Source: Bacteroidales bacterium (GTDB taxonomy: Bacteria > Bacteroidota > Bacteroidia > Bacteroidales > WCHB1-69). Taken from it: DNA of 37,650 nucleotides. A program made the translations under genes and the position numbers. How positions within the stretch are numbered: position 1 is the stretch's first letter; each line of letters begins with the position of its first letter. Below the pieces are notes generated by a model. The model was not told the origin of the DNA. It saw only the letters and a program-made list of their open reading frames with translations, and ran no database searches. Positions 1-6,907 of the stretch are shown piece after piece. The stretch covers positions 1 to 37,650 of the forward strand of contig JAIROC010000134.1 of the NCBI GenBank assembly GCA_031257735.1, written 5' to 3'.

Positions 1-1078
1 AATTAACGGTAAGTTTTAAAGGAATACCATTAAATCGGGCTTCGAGATTTTTCTCTGTTGTAACAGTAAAAGAGTAGGAGGGGCTTTCTGAAATCTTAGT
101 CGTACCCTCATACCAGGCACCGAACAGATAAAACAAGTCAGGGGAGGCAACTACAGTAGCTGTAGTGCCGTATTCATAGGTGCCTGAACCGGAAACTGAA
201 CCACCGGGAGAACTGTTGGCTACAATAGCTATATCTACACCTTTGAACCGGGCTTCAACAGTTAAATCTCTTGTAACTGTGAACGAATATACTGGCGTAG
301 ATGAAACAATACTGTCAGCTTCCGACCAAGAATCAAATATATAGTTTTTTTCAGGCGTGGCTTTTAAAATGGCAGTTGAGCCATAGCTGTAGATACCGCT
401 GCCATCAATAGTCCCTCCTATAGTGACATTAACCAAGATGTTGAAGTCTTTCGGTTTAAACCGACAATAGATTTTTTGTTCCCCATTGAAAAAGAATGAA
501 AATTCTGTGTTTGTGCTGAGAATTTCTCCTTCTAAATCGAAAAATCCTTCAAATAAATACCCCTCATCAGGAATGGCTGTGATAGTTACTTCTTCTTCAA
601 TATTATACTTGTTTCTTACCCCTTCAACTTTTCCTCCTGAAGTAGTAATGACTTGGAATGTACCAACGTAATCTGTCCGCCGGATTTGGTGAGTGATAGT
701 TCTGGTTACAATTCCATTGTTTACGGTAAAACAAATGCTATCATCCTTAATTTCGCTCGAAATAATTTCATAAGAAATCTTTGGGAGTTCTTTGTTTGAG
801 ATAATAATTGAAGAATTCTCCTCTACGCTTGTGCTTCTTGTTTTTACATTAAAATTGTTGAGCTTAGGAATCTTCAGTTCTATGTCATTAAGGTTTCTCT
901 TATCTACATTTTTAATGGTCAGGTTGACAGGGAAAGATTCTCCTATTTCGATTTCAGATGCTGCTTCTAATGATAGGTCAAAATCATAGTCAATAATCAA
1001 ATCGCTATCGTCATTAGAGCACGAATAAAACCAGATTTGAAATAGTAATAGGAACACTAATAAAAGGCTCTTTTTCAT
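1..1078 (-). CDS. Surface lipoprotein with Listeria-Bacteroides (InlB B-repeat / Flg_new-type) repeats, 5' portion. The ORF is open to nt 1 and continues in frame at nt 37650.
   Basis: Absent from the ORF track because it has no stop in the window. Manual translation from the ATG at 1078 gives MKKSLLLVFLLLFQIWFYSCSNDD (signal peptide plus lipobox Cys). Repeat units follow, containing ...PDEGYLFEGFFD, ...PEKNYIFDSWSE and ...PDLFYLFGAWYEG. No stop codon occurs down to nt 1. Confidence 0.8.
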   Translation of the reverse strand, partial: MKKSLLLVFLLLFQIWFYSCSNDDSDLIIDYDFDLSLEAASEIEIGESFPVNLTIKNVDKRNLNDIELKIPKLNNFNVKTRSTSVEENSSIIISNKELPKISYEIISSEIKDDSICFTVNNGIVTRTITHQIRRTDYVGTFQVITTSGGKVEGVRNKYNIEEEVTITAIPDEGYLFEGFFDLEGEILSTNTEFSFFFNGEQKIYCRFKPKDFNILVNVTIGGTIDGSGIYSYGSTAILKATPEKNYIFDSWSEADSIVSSTPVYSFTVTRDLTVEARFKGVDIAIVANSSPGGSVSGSGTYEYGTTATVVASPDLFYLFGAWYEGTTKISESPSYSFTVTTEKNLEARFNGIPLKLTVN

Positions 1079-1091
1079 AATGTATACTTTT

Positions 1092-1115
1092 TAAACTTTT
1101 GAAAGCTATTCACAA
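1092..1115 (-). promoter_or_regulatory. Intergenic motif copy a (gene-sense TTGTGAATAGCTTTCAAAAGTTTA)
   Basis: Begins at the stop codon of 1110..1676 and ends 13 nt before the ATG at 1078. Shares a 24-nt stretch including the leader with copy g (1082-1105 = 30129-30152). Confidence 0.85.
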
Positions 1116-1676
1116 CAACAGTAATTTTACACCAAATCGTATGTTAGGATTAGAGTTTCTGTACTTAACTTCATAATTGGGGGAAAATGCTGCAAAAACA
1201 GAAAAACTCGAGAAATTGTATTCTACACCAATTTCGGCATTAAGACCATAAATAATCTCGTCATCACGATAATATCGTACGGATGGAGAGAATTGATCCC
1301 TATTGGTTACTTTTTGATAGCCGGTGAACGGAGCAAATGTAAGATAGGGTAGAATAGATGGAATAGGGGTATCAAAGTATTTCCTGTATCCAATAGTGGC
1401 AATGTAATACAATAGCTCGGCCCTTGTGGTCATCCCATTAAATTGCTTTCTCAGAGAAAATACAGACCCATTGATAAATAGAGCGTTTCCATTGTATAGT
1501 ATCCTCTCATACTCCATAACGCTGCCAATCCCAGTACTTCCACTAATTGAAAAACTTATGCTATTAGTGTTGTCATAGCGCTGTGCAGAAATACGACTAA
1601 TCGTTGATAATATAACCGCGATTATAAAAGTTCTTTTGTTTATGGCAAAAGATAAATATTTAAAAGCTATACACAT
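1110..1676 (-). CDS. Putative small outer-membrane beta-barrel protein (188 aa)
   Basis: Signal-like N-terminus KRTFIIAVILSTISRISAQ. Rich in Gly/Tyr/Phe/Asn with alternating strand-like segments. C-terminus ...NIRFGVKLLLL. The ATG lies inside motif copy b. Confidence 0.45.
   Translation of the reverse strand: MCIAFKYLSFAINKRTFIIAVILSTISRISAQRYDNTNSISFSISGSTGIGSVMEYERILYNGNALFINGSVFSLRKQFNGMTTRAELLYYIATIGYRKYFDTPIPSILPYLTFAPFTGYQKVTNRDQFSPSVRYYRDDEIIYGLNAEIGVEYNFSSFSVFAAFSPNYEVKYRNSNPNIRFGVKLLLL
1653..1676 (-). promoter_or_regulatory. Intergenic motif copy b (gene-sense ATGTGTATAGCTTTTAAATATTTA)
   Basis: Variant copy whose first three bases form the ATG of 1110..1676. Confidence 0.6.
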
Positions 1677-1708
1677 AAAGTTATATACATAAAAATCTAA
1701 TCATCCTA

Positions 1709-1740
1709 GCTGCTCATTAAACGTACGTTTAATGAGCAGC
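1709..1740. repeat. 32-bp perfect palindrome (left inverted-repeat candidate) with AAACGTACGT core
   Basis: GCTGCTCATTAAACGTACGTTTAATGAGCAGC equals its own reverse complement. The inner 28 bp (1711-1738) are identical to 1896-1923. Confidence 0.9.
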
Positions 1741-1863
1741 TTTTAAGCACGAGTTAACCCCTTTTTAAAGTAAAAAAAAATCATTTTTTTATAATAAAGG
1801 ATTAATCCGGAACATCCATTTTGGAGAGGCTTCGAGGCTTTTTGAAAAAAAAATATTGTAAAA

Positions 1864-1895
1864 CTTGCACTTTTTGAATAAAAAACATATTTTTG
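1864..1895 (+). promoter_or_regulatory. Bacteroides-type promoter candidate inside the palindrome-flanked segment
   Basis: TATTTTTG at 1888-1895 matches the -7 consensus TAnnTTTG exactly and abuts the right palindrome. A -33-like CTTG at 1864-1867 lies 20 nt upstream. Confidence 0.45.
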
Positions 1896-1923
1896 TGCTC
1901 ATTAAACGTACGTTTAATGAGCA
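1896..1923. repeat. 28-bp perfect palindrome (right inverted-repeat candidate), identical to 1711-1738
   Basis: TGCTCATTAAACGTACGTTTAATGAGCA, read directly from the sequence. Confidence 0.9.
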
Positions 1924-2405
1924 TGTAAAAAACAGTGACATATCGGTTGTTTGTGATACACAGCTATTAGCGTTAATAGCAGATGAAATTTGGTGATTAA
2001 CAGAAGGTTAGATAGCATTTACAAACCATGTTCTTTCTGTATATAAAATAAATCTATTGGATTTTTTTTTGTCTTTTATAGGGTGCAATTTTATTAAAAC
2101 AAAGGCATCGATATATCGTTCCTATGCCTTCTGTTCCACTTTGCTCAGAAAAAAATTACTTCAAAATGGCTTTTTTTAAAAAAACCACCAAATGGTTAAA
2201 CTATGACTAATTGTAACAAGGAGATGTTCTCACTACCGTAGGGAGTGGAATTTAGAGATGGCTTAGTCAGTTTAGCTGTGTAATAGTGTCCGCCATTAAT
2301 CCTAATAACCTAAAAAACTTAAGAAATCATCTAACAGATAATCATCTACTAGATTAACAATGCACTCTGCAGCGTAAAATCCCAAAATCCCAAATACTTC
2401 ATCAT

Positions 2406-2423
2406 ACATACTTTAGGAAAAAA
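2406..2423 (+). repeat. 18-mer ACATACTTTAGGAAAAAA, copy 1
   Basis: Exact repeat of 4267-4284. The 15-16-nt core recurs at 22199-22214 and 25248-25262. Confidence 0.85.
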
Positions 2424-2491
2424 TCACTTTAAAATTGTTTGATTAAAAAAAAGACGTAATTTTGTACGCAATAGTATGTGATTTCAAGATG

Positions 2492-2514
2492 TTATGTATA
2501 GCTTCAAATATTTA
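2492..2514 (+). promoter_or_regulatory. Intergenic motif copy n, the only plus-strand copy (TTATGTATAGCTTCAAATATTTA)
   Basis: One-base-deleted variant ending 83 nt upstream of the plus-strand phd-like/rep operon. Flanked by the direct 10-mer TAGTATGTGA at 2472-2481 and 2540-2549. Confidence 0.6.
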
Positions 2515-2597
2515 AATAAGAAATTTATTCACTAAGGAGTAGTATGTGAACGCAGGCACATCCCTTCCCCAATAGGGTTCTCCTGCTTAATGTTATC

Positions 2598-2783
2598 ATG
2601 AGAGTAATTAGTAGTTCAGAATTCCGTAAAAAAATGGGGAATTATTTAGATTTAGCAGCGAGTGAAATCATTGTTATTCATCGAGGATCGACTGAGACAT
2701 TTGTTTTAAAGCAATTGGATCGATTGCCTGATGTAGAGATAGATGTAAATGGTATATTTCGCCCTAAGAATGGAAAATCATGA
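2598..2783 (+). CDS. Phd/YefM-like antitoxin-fold small protein (61 aa)
   Basis: The N-terminus MRVISSSEFRKKMGNYLDLAASEIIVIHRGSTETFVL fits the Bacteroidetes Phd/YefM pattern (V.S.EFR....YLD......I..RG....V). Its stop overlaps the rep ATG (ATGA). Confidence 0.55.
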   Translation: MRVISSSEFRKKMGNYLDLAASEIIVIHRGSTETFVLKQLDRLPDVEIDVNGIFRPKNGKS

Positions 2784-3907
2784 CTGACCAGAAGAAAAAG
2801 ACTCCTAAAGAGAAGAAGAAAACAAAAAATGGTGAGATCGTAAAAGAAAGAAGAGGTTTGCCGAGAAATAATCTTCCTATCCAGTTACCTGATAACCATA
2901 CATGGTTGAAACAGCCGAATTTAATCACAATGCTATCTGCTGATTTTAATACTCTACACTTAAGAGTATTAATAGCTCTAATAGAGAAACTTCAGTACTC
3001 GATAGAGCAATCAGCTAATCATGTACCATATCAACAACTGTCTATTTTTCGAGAACAGACTGTTAATAACAGAATAATAATAACGATACCAATGATGGAT
3101 TTTGGTGTCAATGCCAATAACTATCCGGAACTCAGGAAAACGCTGTTACAACTTGCTACTATTCCGATAGAATTGGACGCTAAAGATCCTGTGACAGGTA
3201 CGGCAAGTTGGGCTATCTCTGGATTGTTCAAAGCCTATATTCCCAAGGAGACCCACCGGCGGACTGTTAGCTTTGAATTTGACTATGATATAGCCAGAAC
3301 TTTGGTAGATGTAGAAAAGGGATTTACCAAATACATTAAGGAAATCGCCTTTCAAACTCAAAGTAAATATACCGTAAGGATGTATATGCTTATCAGTTCG
3401 TGGAAGGATAAAGGAGGGTTTTCTATCACGTTAGAACGGTTTAAAAAATGGCTTAGATTAGAGAACAAATATCATAAATATAAAGACTTGTATAAGAGAA
3501 TTATCAAGCCCACCTACGAAGAATTATTTGAAAAAGCGAATTGTTGGTTCGAGGTAGCGGAGATATATAGAGACGGAGAATCAGAGCCTTACAAACTAAA
3601 TTTTAAAGTAGTCAGGGCTGTTTTAACTCAACAGGAAGAAGAATTTTTGAAAAATCATAAGAACAAACTGTATGACATGATGGCTCGGCAGTTTAAAATG
3701 AGTGATAAGCATATACAGAAGGTTCTTATGCATGTAACGATATCAAATGTACACCAAGCTATAAATAAAATTGTAGATTTAGCTGAATACGTTACCCAAA
3801 ATTGGAACACTATTACCAATATACCTGAATATTGTACGAAATCAATTATCGCAAAACTTATGCCAAGTGAAGGGGTAATTGGTGAAGAAAGGGGAGATGA
3901 AGATTGA
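2780..3907 (+). CDS. Plasmid replication initiator protein (Rep, iteron-type)
   Basis: 375 aa with a basic N-terminus. The segment NLITMLSADFNTLHLRVLIALIEKL is typical of Rep_3/RepB-like initiators. Iterons follow immediately. Confidence 0.7.
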   Translation: MTDQKKKTPKEKKKTKNGEIVKERRGLPRNNLPIQLPDNHTWLKQPNLITMLSADFNTLHLRVLIALIEKLQYSIEQSANHVPYQQLSIFREQTVNNRIIITIPMMDFGVNANNYPELRKTLLQLATIPIELDAKDPVTGTASWAISGLFKAYIPKETHRRTVSFEFDYDIARTLVDVEKGFTKYIKEIAFQTQSKYTVRMYMLISSWKDKGGFSITLERFKKWLRLENKYHKYKDLYKRIIKPTYEELFEKANCWFEVAEIYRDGESEPYKLNFKVVRAVLTQQEEEFLKNHKNKLYDMMARQFKMSDKHIQKVLMHVTISNVHQAINKIVDLAEYVTQNWNTITNIPEYCTKSIIAKLMPSEGVIGEERGDED

Positions 3908-3910
3908 AAA

Positions 3911-3990
3911 ACTTCTTTTTTGTCCACAAAATGAAAAATACCCAACAAATGCTCTTTTTTTGTCTCCAAAAACTTCTTTTTTTGTCTCCA
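3911..3990 (+). repeat. Iteron cluster 1 of candidate oriV (3 copies of ~19-bp (A/T)(C/G)TTCTTTTTTTGTCTCCA)
   Basis: Copies at 3911-3928 (degenerate), 3950-3968 and 3972-3990. Confidence 0.8.
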
Positions 3991-4158
3991 GATTTACAAT
4001 TCAAGATACTGATATTCAGTAATTTATATATCCATTTACAGTACTACTACTATCACTAACTGATAAATTAAACAATCTACAACCAAAAAAAACACAACAC
4101 TTTCAACTCCAAATAACACCCCCTACCTAAAATAACACCCGCACAAACACAACACAAA

Positions 4159-4260
4159 TGTTCTTTTTTTGTCTCCGAAATGAAAAAGAGCCAACAAATG
4201 CTCTTTTTTTGTCTCCAACTAATTTTTTGCAAAAACAAAAAACTTCTTTTTTTGTCTCCA
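4159..4260 (+). repeat. Iteron cluster 2 of candidate oriV (3 copies)
   Basis: Copies at 4159-4177, 4199-4217 and 4242-4260. The larger unit gtc(c/t)c(a/c)(c/g)aaatgaaaaa..ccaacaaatgctctttttttgtctcca is shared with cluster 1. Confidence 0.8.
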
Positions 4261-4266
4261 ACTAAA

Positions 4267-4284
4267 ACATACTTTAGGAAAAAA
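4267..4284 (+). repeat. 18-mer ACATACTTTAGGAAAAAA, copy 2
   Basis: Exact repeat of 2406-2423, sitting directly after the last iteron. Confidence 0.85.
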
Positions 4285-4316
4285 GATTGATTTATATTAA
4301 AATCAGAATATCAATT

Positions 4317-4919
4317 CTATTTTAAACCATTTCTTTTGGCTCGATTGGGCTCAATCCCATTTTTTCGCAAATACTTATAAATTGTTTCTAAACTTTTAAT
4401 ATTCAAAGTCTTCTGTATATTATTTAATGTATAGCCGGATTTATATAGATTGACGCAAGTCTCAATTTTAGCTTCGTGTTCTTTATTTATACTGCCTTTT
4501 GGACGTCCAAATTTTACTCCTTTCTCCTTGGCCATTCGACGACCTGCTGAAGTTCGTTCAATTATAATATCACGTTCAAATTGAGCCAATGCTCCAAGAA
4601 TGTTTGTCATTAGCTTCCCATAATGACCTTCAGTAGATATATTATCCTGAAGGGAAATAAATGTGATACCATCCTTATTAAATTTATCAAGTAGTTCAAG
4701 TACACCCCGCAATGATCGTCCAAGTCTATCTAATTTACAAACGACTATTGTATCTCCTTTGCGTATTTTTTTGAGGCACTCGTCGAATCCTGGACGATTA
4801 AACCGGGTACCGGTATATTTATCTTTAAAAATCAGTTCGCAACCATTCTTCATCAACAACTCCTCCTGAATATCCAATTTCTGTGCTGGAGTTGAAACAC
4901 GGGCATATCCTATTCGCAT
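4317..4919 (-). CDS. Serine site-specific recombinase (resolvase/invertase family, 200 aa)
   Basis: MRIGYARVSTPAQKLDIQ contains the catalytic-Ser motif. VCKLDRLGRS and a C-terminal HTH-like tail (YKSGYTLNNIQKTLNIKSLETIYKYL) are also present. Confidence 0.85.
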   Translation of the reverse strand: MRIGYARVSTPAQKLDIQEELLMKNGCELIFKDKYTGTRFNRPGFDECLKKIRKGDTIVVCKLDRLGRSLRGVLELLDKFNKDGITFISLQDNISTEGHYGKLMTNILGALAQFERDIIIERTSAGRRMAKEKGVKFGRPKGSINKEHEAKIETCVNLYKSGYTLNNIQKTLNIKSLETIYKYLRKNGIEPNRAKRNGLK

Positions 4920-4920
4920 T

Positions 4921-5802
4921 TTACTGAAGTTGTTTTAAAATAATTTGCGCCGGAATATTCATTTTAGAAAATGCGAACAATTTTTTACCTAAGTCTTTTA
5001 AGGAGGCTCCAATATGATATACTTCATCATCAATGATAATGAACCTATCATGAGAGTGTTTGTATTGTTTTATATCAACTTTTGGGTATTGACTATTATA
5101 TTTTGATAAATCCAAATTGAACTGCGTAGTTACAGTTCCGGTGTAAATAGTTGCTTTCACTCCGGAAGTACGTTTTGACAGCATAATTAGAACACTTTCG
5201 TCAACATAGTTATCTATCAACACAATGGTTTTCTTTGCCGATTTAATGAGATTTGCAGCAAATACATAAGCGTCGAATATTTGACCATCAAAGAAGACAC
5301 CTTCTACCGGAGGTAATGAAGTCCGGACGAAGAAATCTACTTTATCTTTTAATTCGCCAATTTGTTGTTGTTGTCTTATGAATTTTGCATTAACGTTATT
5401 TTCCAGTTGATTCAGTCGTTGATTGATGGAATATCCTTTTAATAAATAATCCTTTAAAATGGAATTGGACCATCGCCTGAAATTTGTTGCATTCAAAGAA
5501 TTGACACGATAACCTACTGACAAGATAGCATCAAGATTGTAGATTTTCACCTGTTGAGTTTGCGTTTTCCCATCTATAGCACCGTGAGGAGTGGTTAGTT
5601 CCAAAATGGAACATACCTCTCGTTCATTTAATTCACCTGAGCTAAAGATATTTCCCAGATGCTTGGTTATAGCAGGTCTCTTAGTTCCAAACAGTTCAGC
5701 TATCTGTGCTTGCGTCAGCCAAACTGTTTCATTTTCTAATCGAACCTCTATCTTAACCGTTTCATCCGGTCGATACAATATAATTTCTCCAAAATTCTCC
5801 AT
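4921..5802 (-). CDS. rhuM: RhuM-family protein
   Basis: The N-terminal region IILYRPDETVKIEVRLENETVWLTQAQIAELFG...ITKHLGNIF...NLDAILSVGYRVNS..ATNFRRW matches the RhuM pattern. The C-terminal half contains HDRFIIIDDEVYHIGASLKDLGKK. One base separates it from the recombinase gene. Confidence 0.65.
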   Translation of the reverse strand: MENFGEIILYRPDETVKIEVRLENETVWLTQAQIAELFGTKRPAITKHLGNIFSSGELNEREVCSILELTTPHGAIDGKTQTQQVKIYNLDAILSVGYRVNSLNATNFRRWSNSILKDYLLKGYSINQRLNQLENNVNAKFIRQQQQIGELKDKVDFFVRTSLPPVEGVFFDGQIFDAYVFAANLIKSAKKTIVLIDNYVDESVLIMLSKRTSGVKATIYTGTVTTQFNLDLSKYNSQYPKVDIKQYKHSHDRFIIIDDEVYHIGASLKDLGKKLFAFSKMNIPAQIILKQLQ

Positions 5803-5893
5803 ATAATTACGATTTAATTTTAAAATACAAATATATAATAATCGAATAAAAAACTACCTGATTTCAGATAGTTTTATTGCACTTTAATTTTAT

Positions 5894-5917
5894 TCGATTT
5901 AATTATAATTAAATCGA
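5894..5917. promoter_or_regulatory. 24-bp perfect palindrome TCGATTTAATTATAATTAAATCGA (operator or res-site candidate)
   Basis: Lies ~90 nt upstream of the rhuM/recombinase operon. A related sequence, AATCGAATAA, lies at 5841-5850. Confidence 0.4.
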
Positions 5918-6119
5918 AATACAAGGAAACCGCATATCAATCCCATTAATATGTTATCTGATCATCATCAGATACATTCCCGGTTTCCATCTCTATACGG
6001 AGTTTCCTTTCAGGTTTTTTAGCCTGAATTCTATCCGCTACAGGCTTATATATTTCAAATGATTCTCTAAACATGGCATGTTACTTGTCGATATTGTTTT
6101 AATTCTTTTATCTAAAATT

Positions 6120-6380
6120 TCAAAGGAACAATTCTCTCACACATGAAAATGAAACAACATCGGCATGGCAATGAACTCTTCTTTTATCAAAATCGACACT
6201 TAGCAGTTGGTATGAAGGAAAACATAGAGATAACTCATAGGTAACTTTAAAGTAGACATACATACCTGTGTTATCAATGTGAAATTCTGAAACAGTACCT
6301 TCGGTTAATTCTTCAATCTCTTTGATTATTTCAGATTTCAGTTCTTCTAATTTTTCTAACGGTATTTGAACTTTGTTCAT
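6120..6380 (-). CDS. Hypothetical protein (86 aa)
   Basis: ORF only. It is co-directional with the par operon and no motif was recognised. Confidence 0.35.
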   Translation of the reverse strand: MNKVQIPLEKLEELKSEIIKEIEELTEGTVSEFHIDNTGMYVYFKVTYELSLCFPSYQLLSVDFDKRRVHCHADVVSFSCVRELFL

Positions 6381-6474
6381 TATTTTTAATTGTTAAGATT
6401 ATTGTTGAATAACTTCTTCAAGGCTGCTCTTGGCACTTTCCATCTGAGAAATAAATTCTTTTCTATATTTTAAG

Positions 6475-6861
6475 TTAAATTTTCATTGACCTCTTTATAT
6501 TCTTATCATTTTCATTGAGGAACTGGTTAAGAACATTAGCTATAATCTGTTGCAGAGGAACTTTCGTGTGAACTGACAATAATTTAAATTTATTATGTAT
6601 TATTGTTGGTATTTTTGTATTAGTTTCCCCTACTCCATAATCTATCTTTATGAAAATATCCTGATAGGTATTTCCTATTTTATTTTTTTCCATGGTAGTA
6701 GCTAAAGAATATGGTACTTCCGCAATATTTTCTTCTTCTATAGCTTGTGGTTTAATATTTATAGAGGATTCATTTTTCTCTTCTTTTTCAATTTTACTAC
6801 CGATTGAAACTAAATTTGCTATACCGGCATTTCTTTTCCTAGAATTTGATAATGTATTCAT
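6475..6861 (-). CDS. DUF3408/TraB-like protein (possible partition or transfer accessory DNA-binding protein)
   Basis: Start trimmed to MNTLSNSRK. The C-terminal KIPTIIHNKFKLLSVHTKVPLQQIIANVLNQFLNEN resembles the DUF3408 tail found next to ParA-like TraA in Bacteroides elements. Confidence 0.35.
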   Translation of the reverse strand: MNTLSNSRKRNAGIANLVSIGSKIEKEEKNESSINIKPQAIEEENIAEVPYSLATTMEKNKIGNTYQDIFIKIDYGVGETNTKIPTIIHNKFKLLSVHTKVPLQQIIANVLNQFLNENDKNIKRSMKI

Positions 6862-6907
6862 AATATATATTTTGTTACTTTTAAAGCAATATACAACAAC
6901 AGTAATA

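Noticed and set aside
1709-1923. The twin palindromes read as simple bidirectional Rho-independent terminators.
   Set aside because: This is not excluded, but it is less attractive. They sit upstream of gene starts rather than after gene ends. Only one has a short T run. The 28-bp identity plus the ARACGTWCGT-type core and the enclosed -7 box fit an inverton or operator better. The interpretation is kept as an alternative in the finding.
3911-4260. Regularly spaced short repeats considered as a possible CRISPR array.
   Set aside because: The repeats are 19-bp T-rich iterons in two clusters with conserved rather than unique spacers. They lie directly next to rep and there are no cas genes. 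This is a classic iteron origin.
5946-6074. 42-aa minus-strand ORF (MFRESFEIYKPVADRIQAKKPERKLRIEMETGNVSDDDQITY) downstream of 6120..6380.
   Set aside because: It is below any reliable size threshold, with no motif, conservation evidence or distinctive start context. It is left unannotated.
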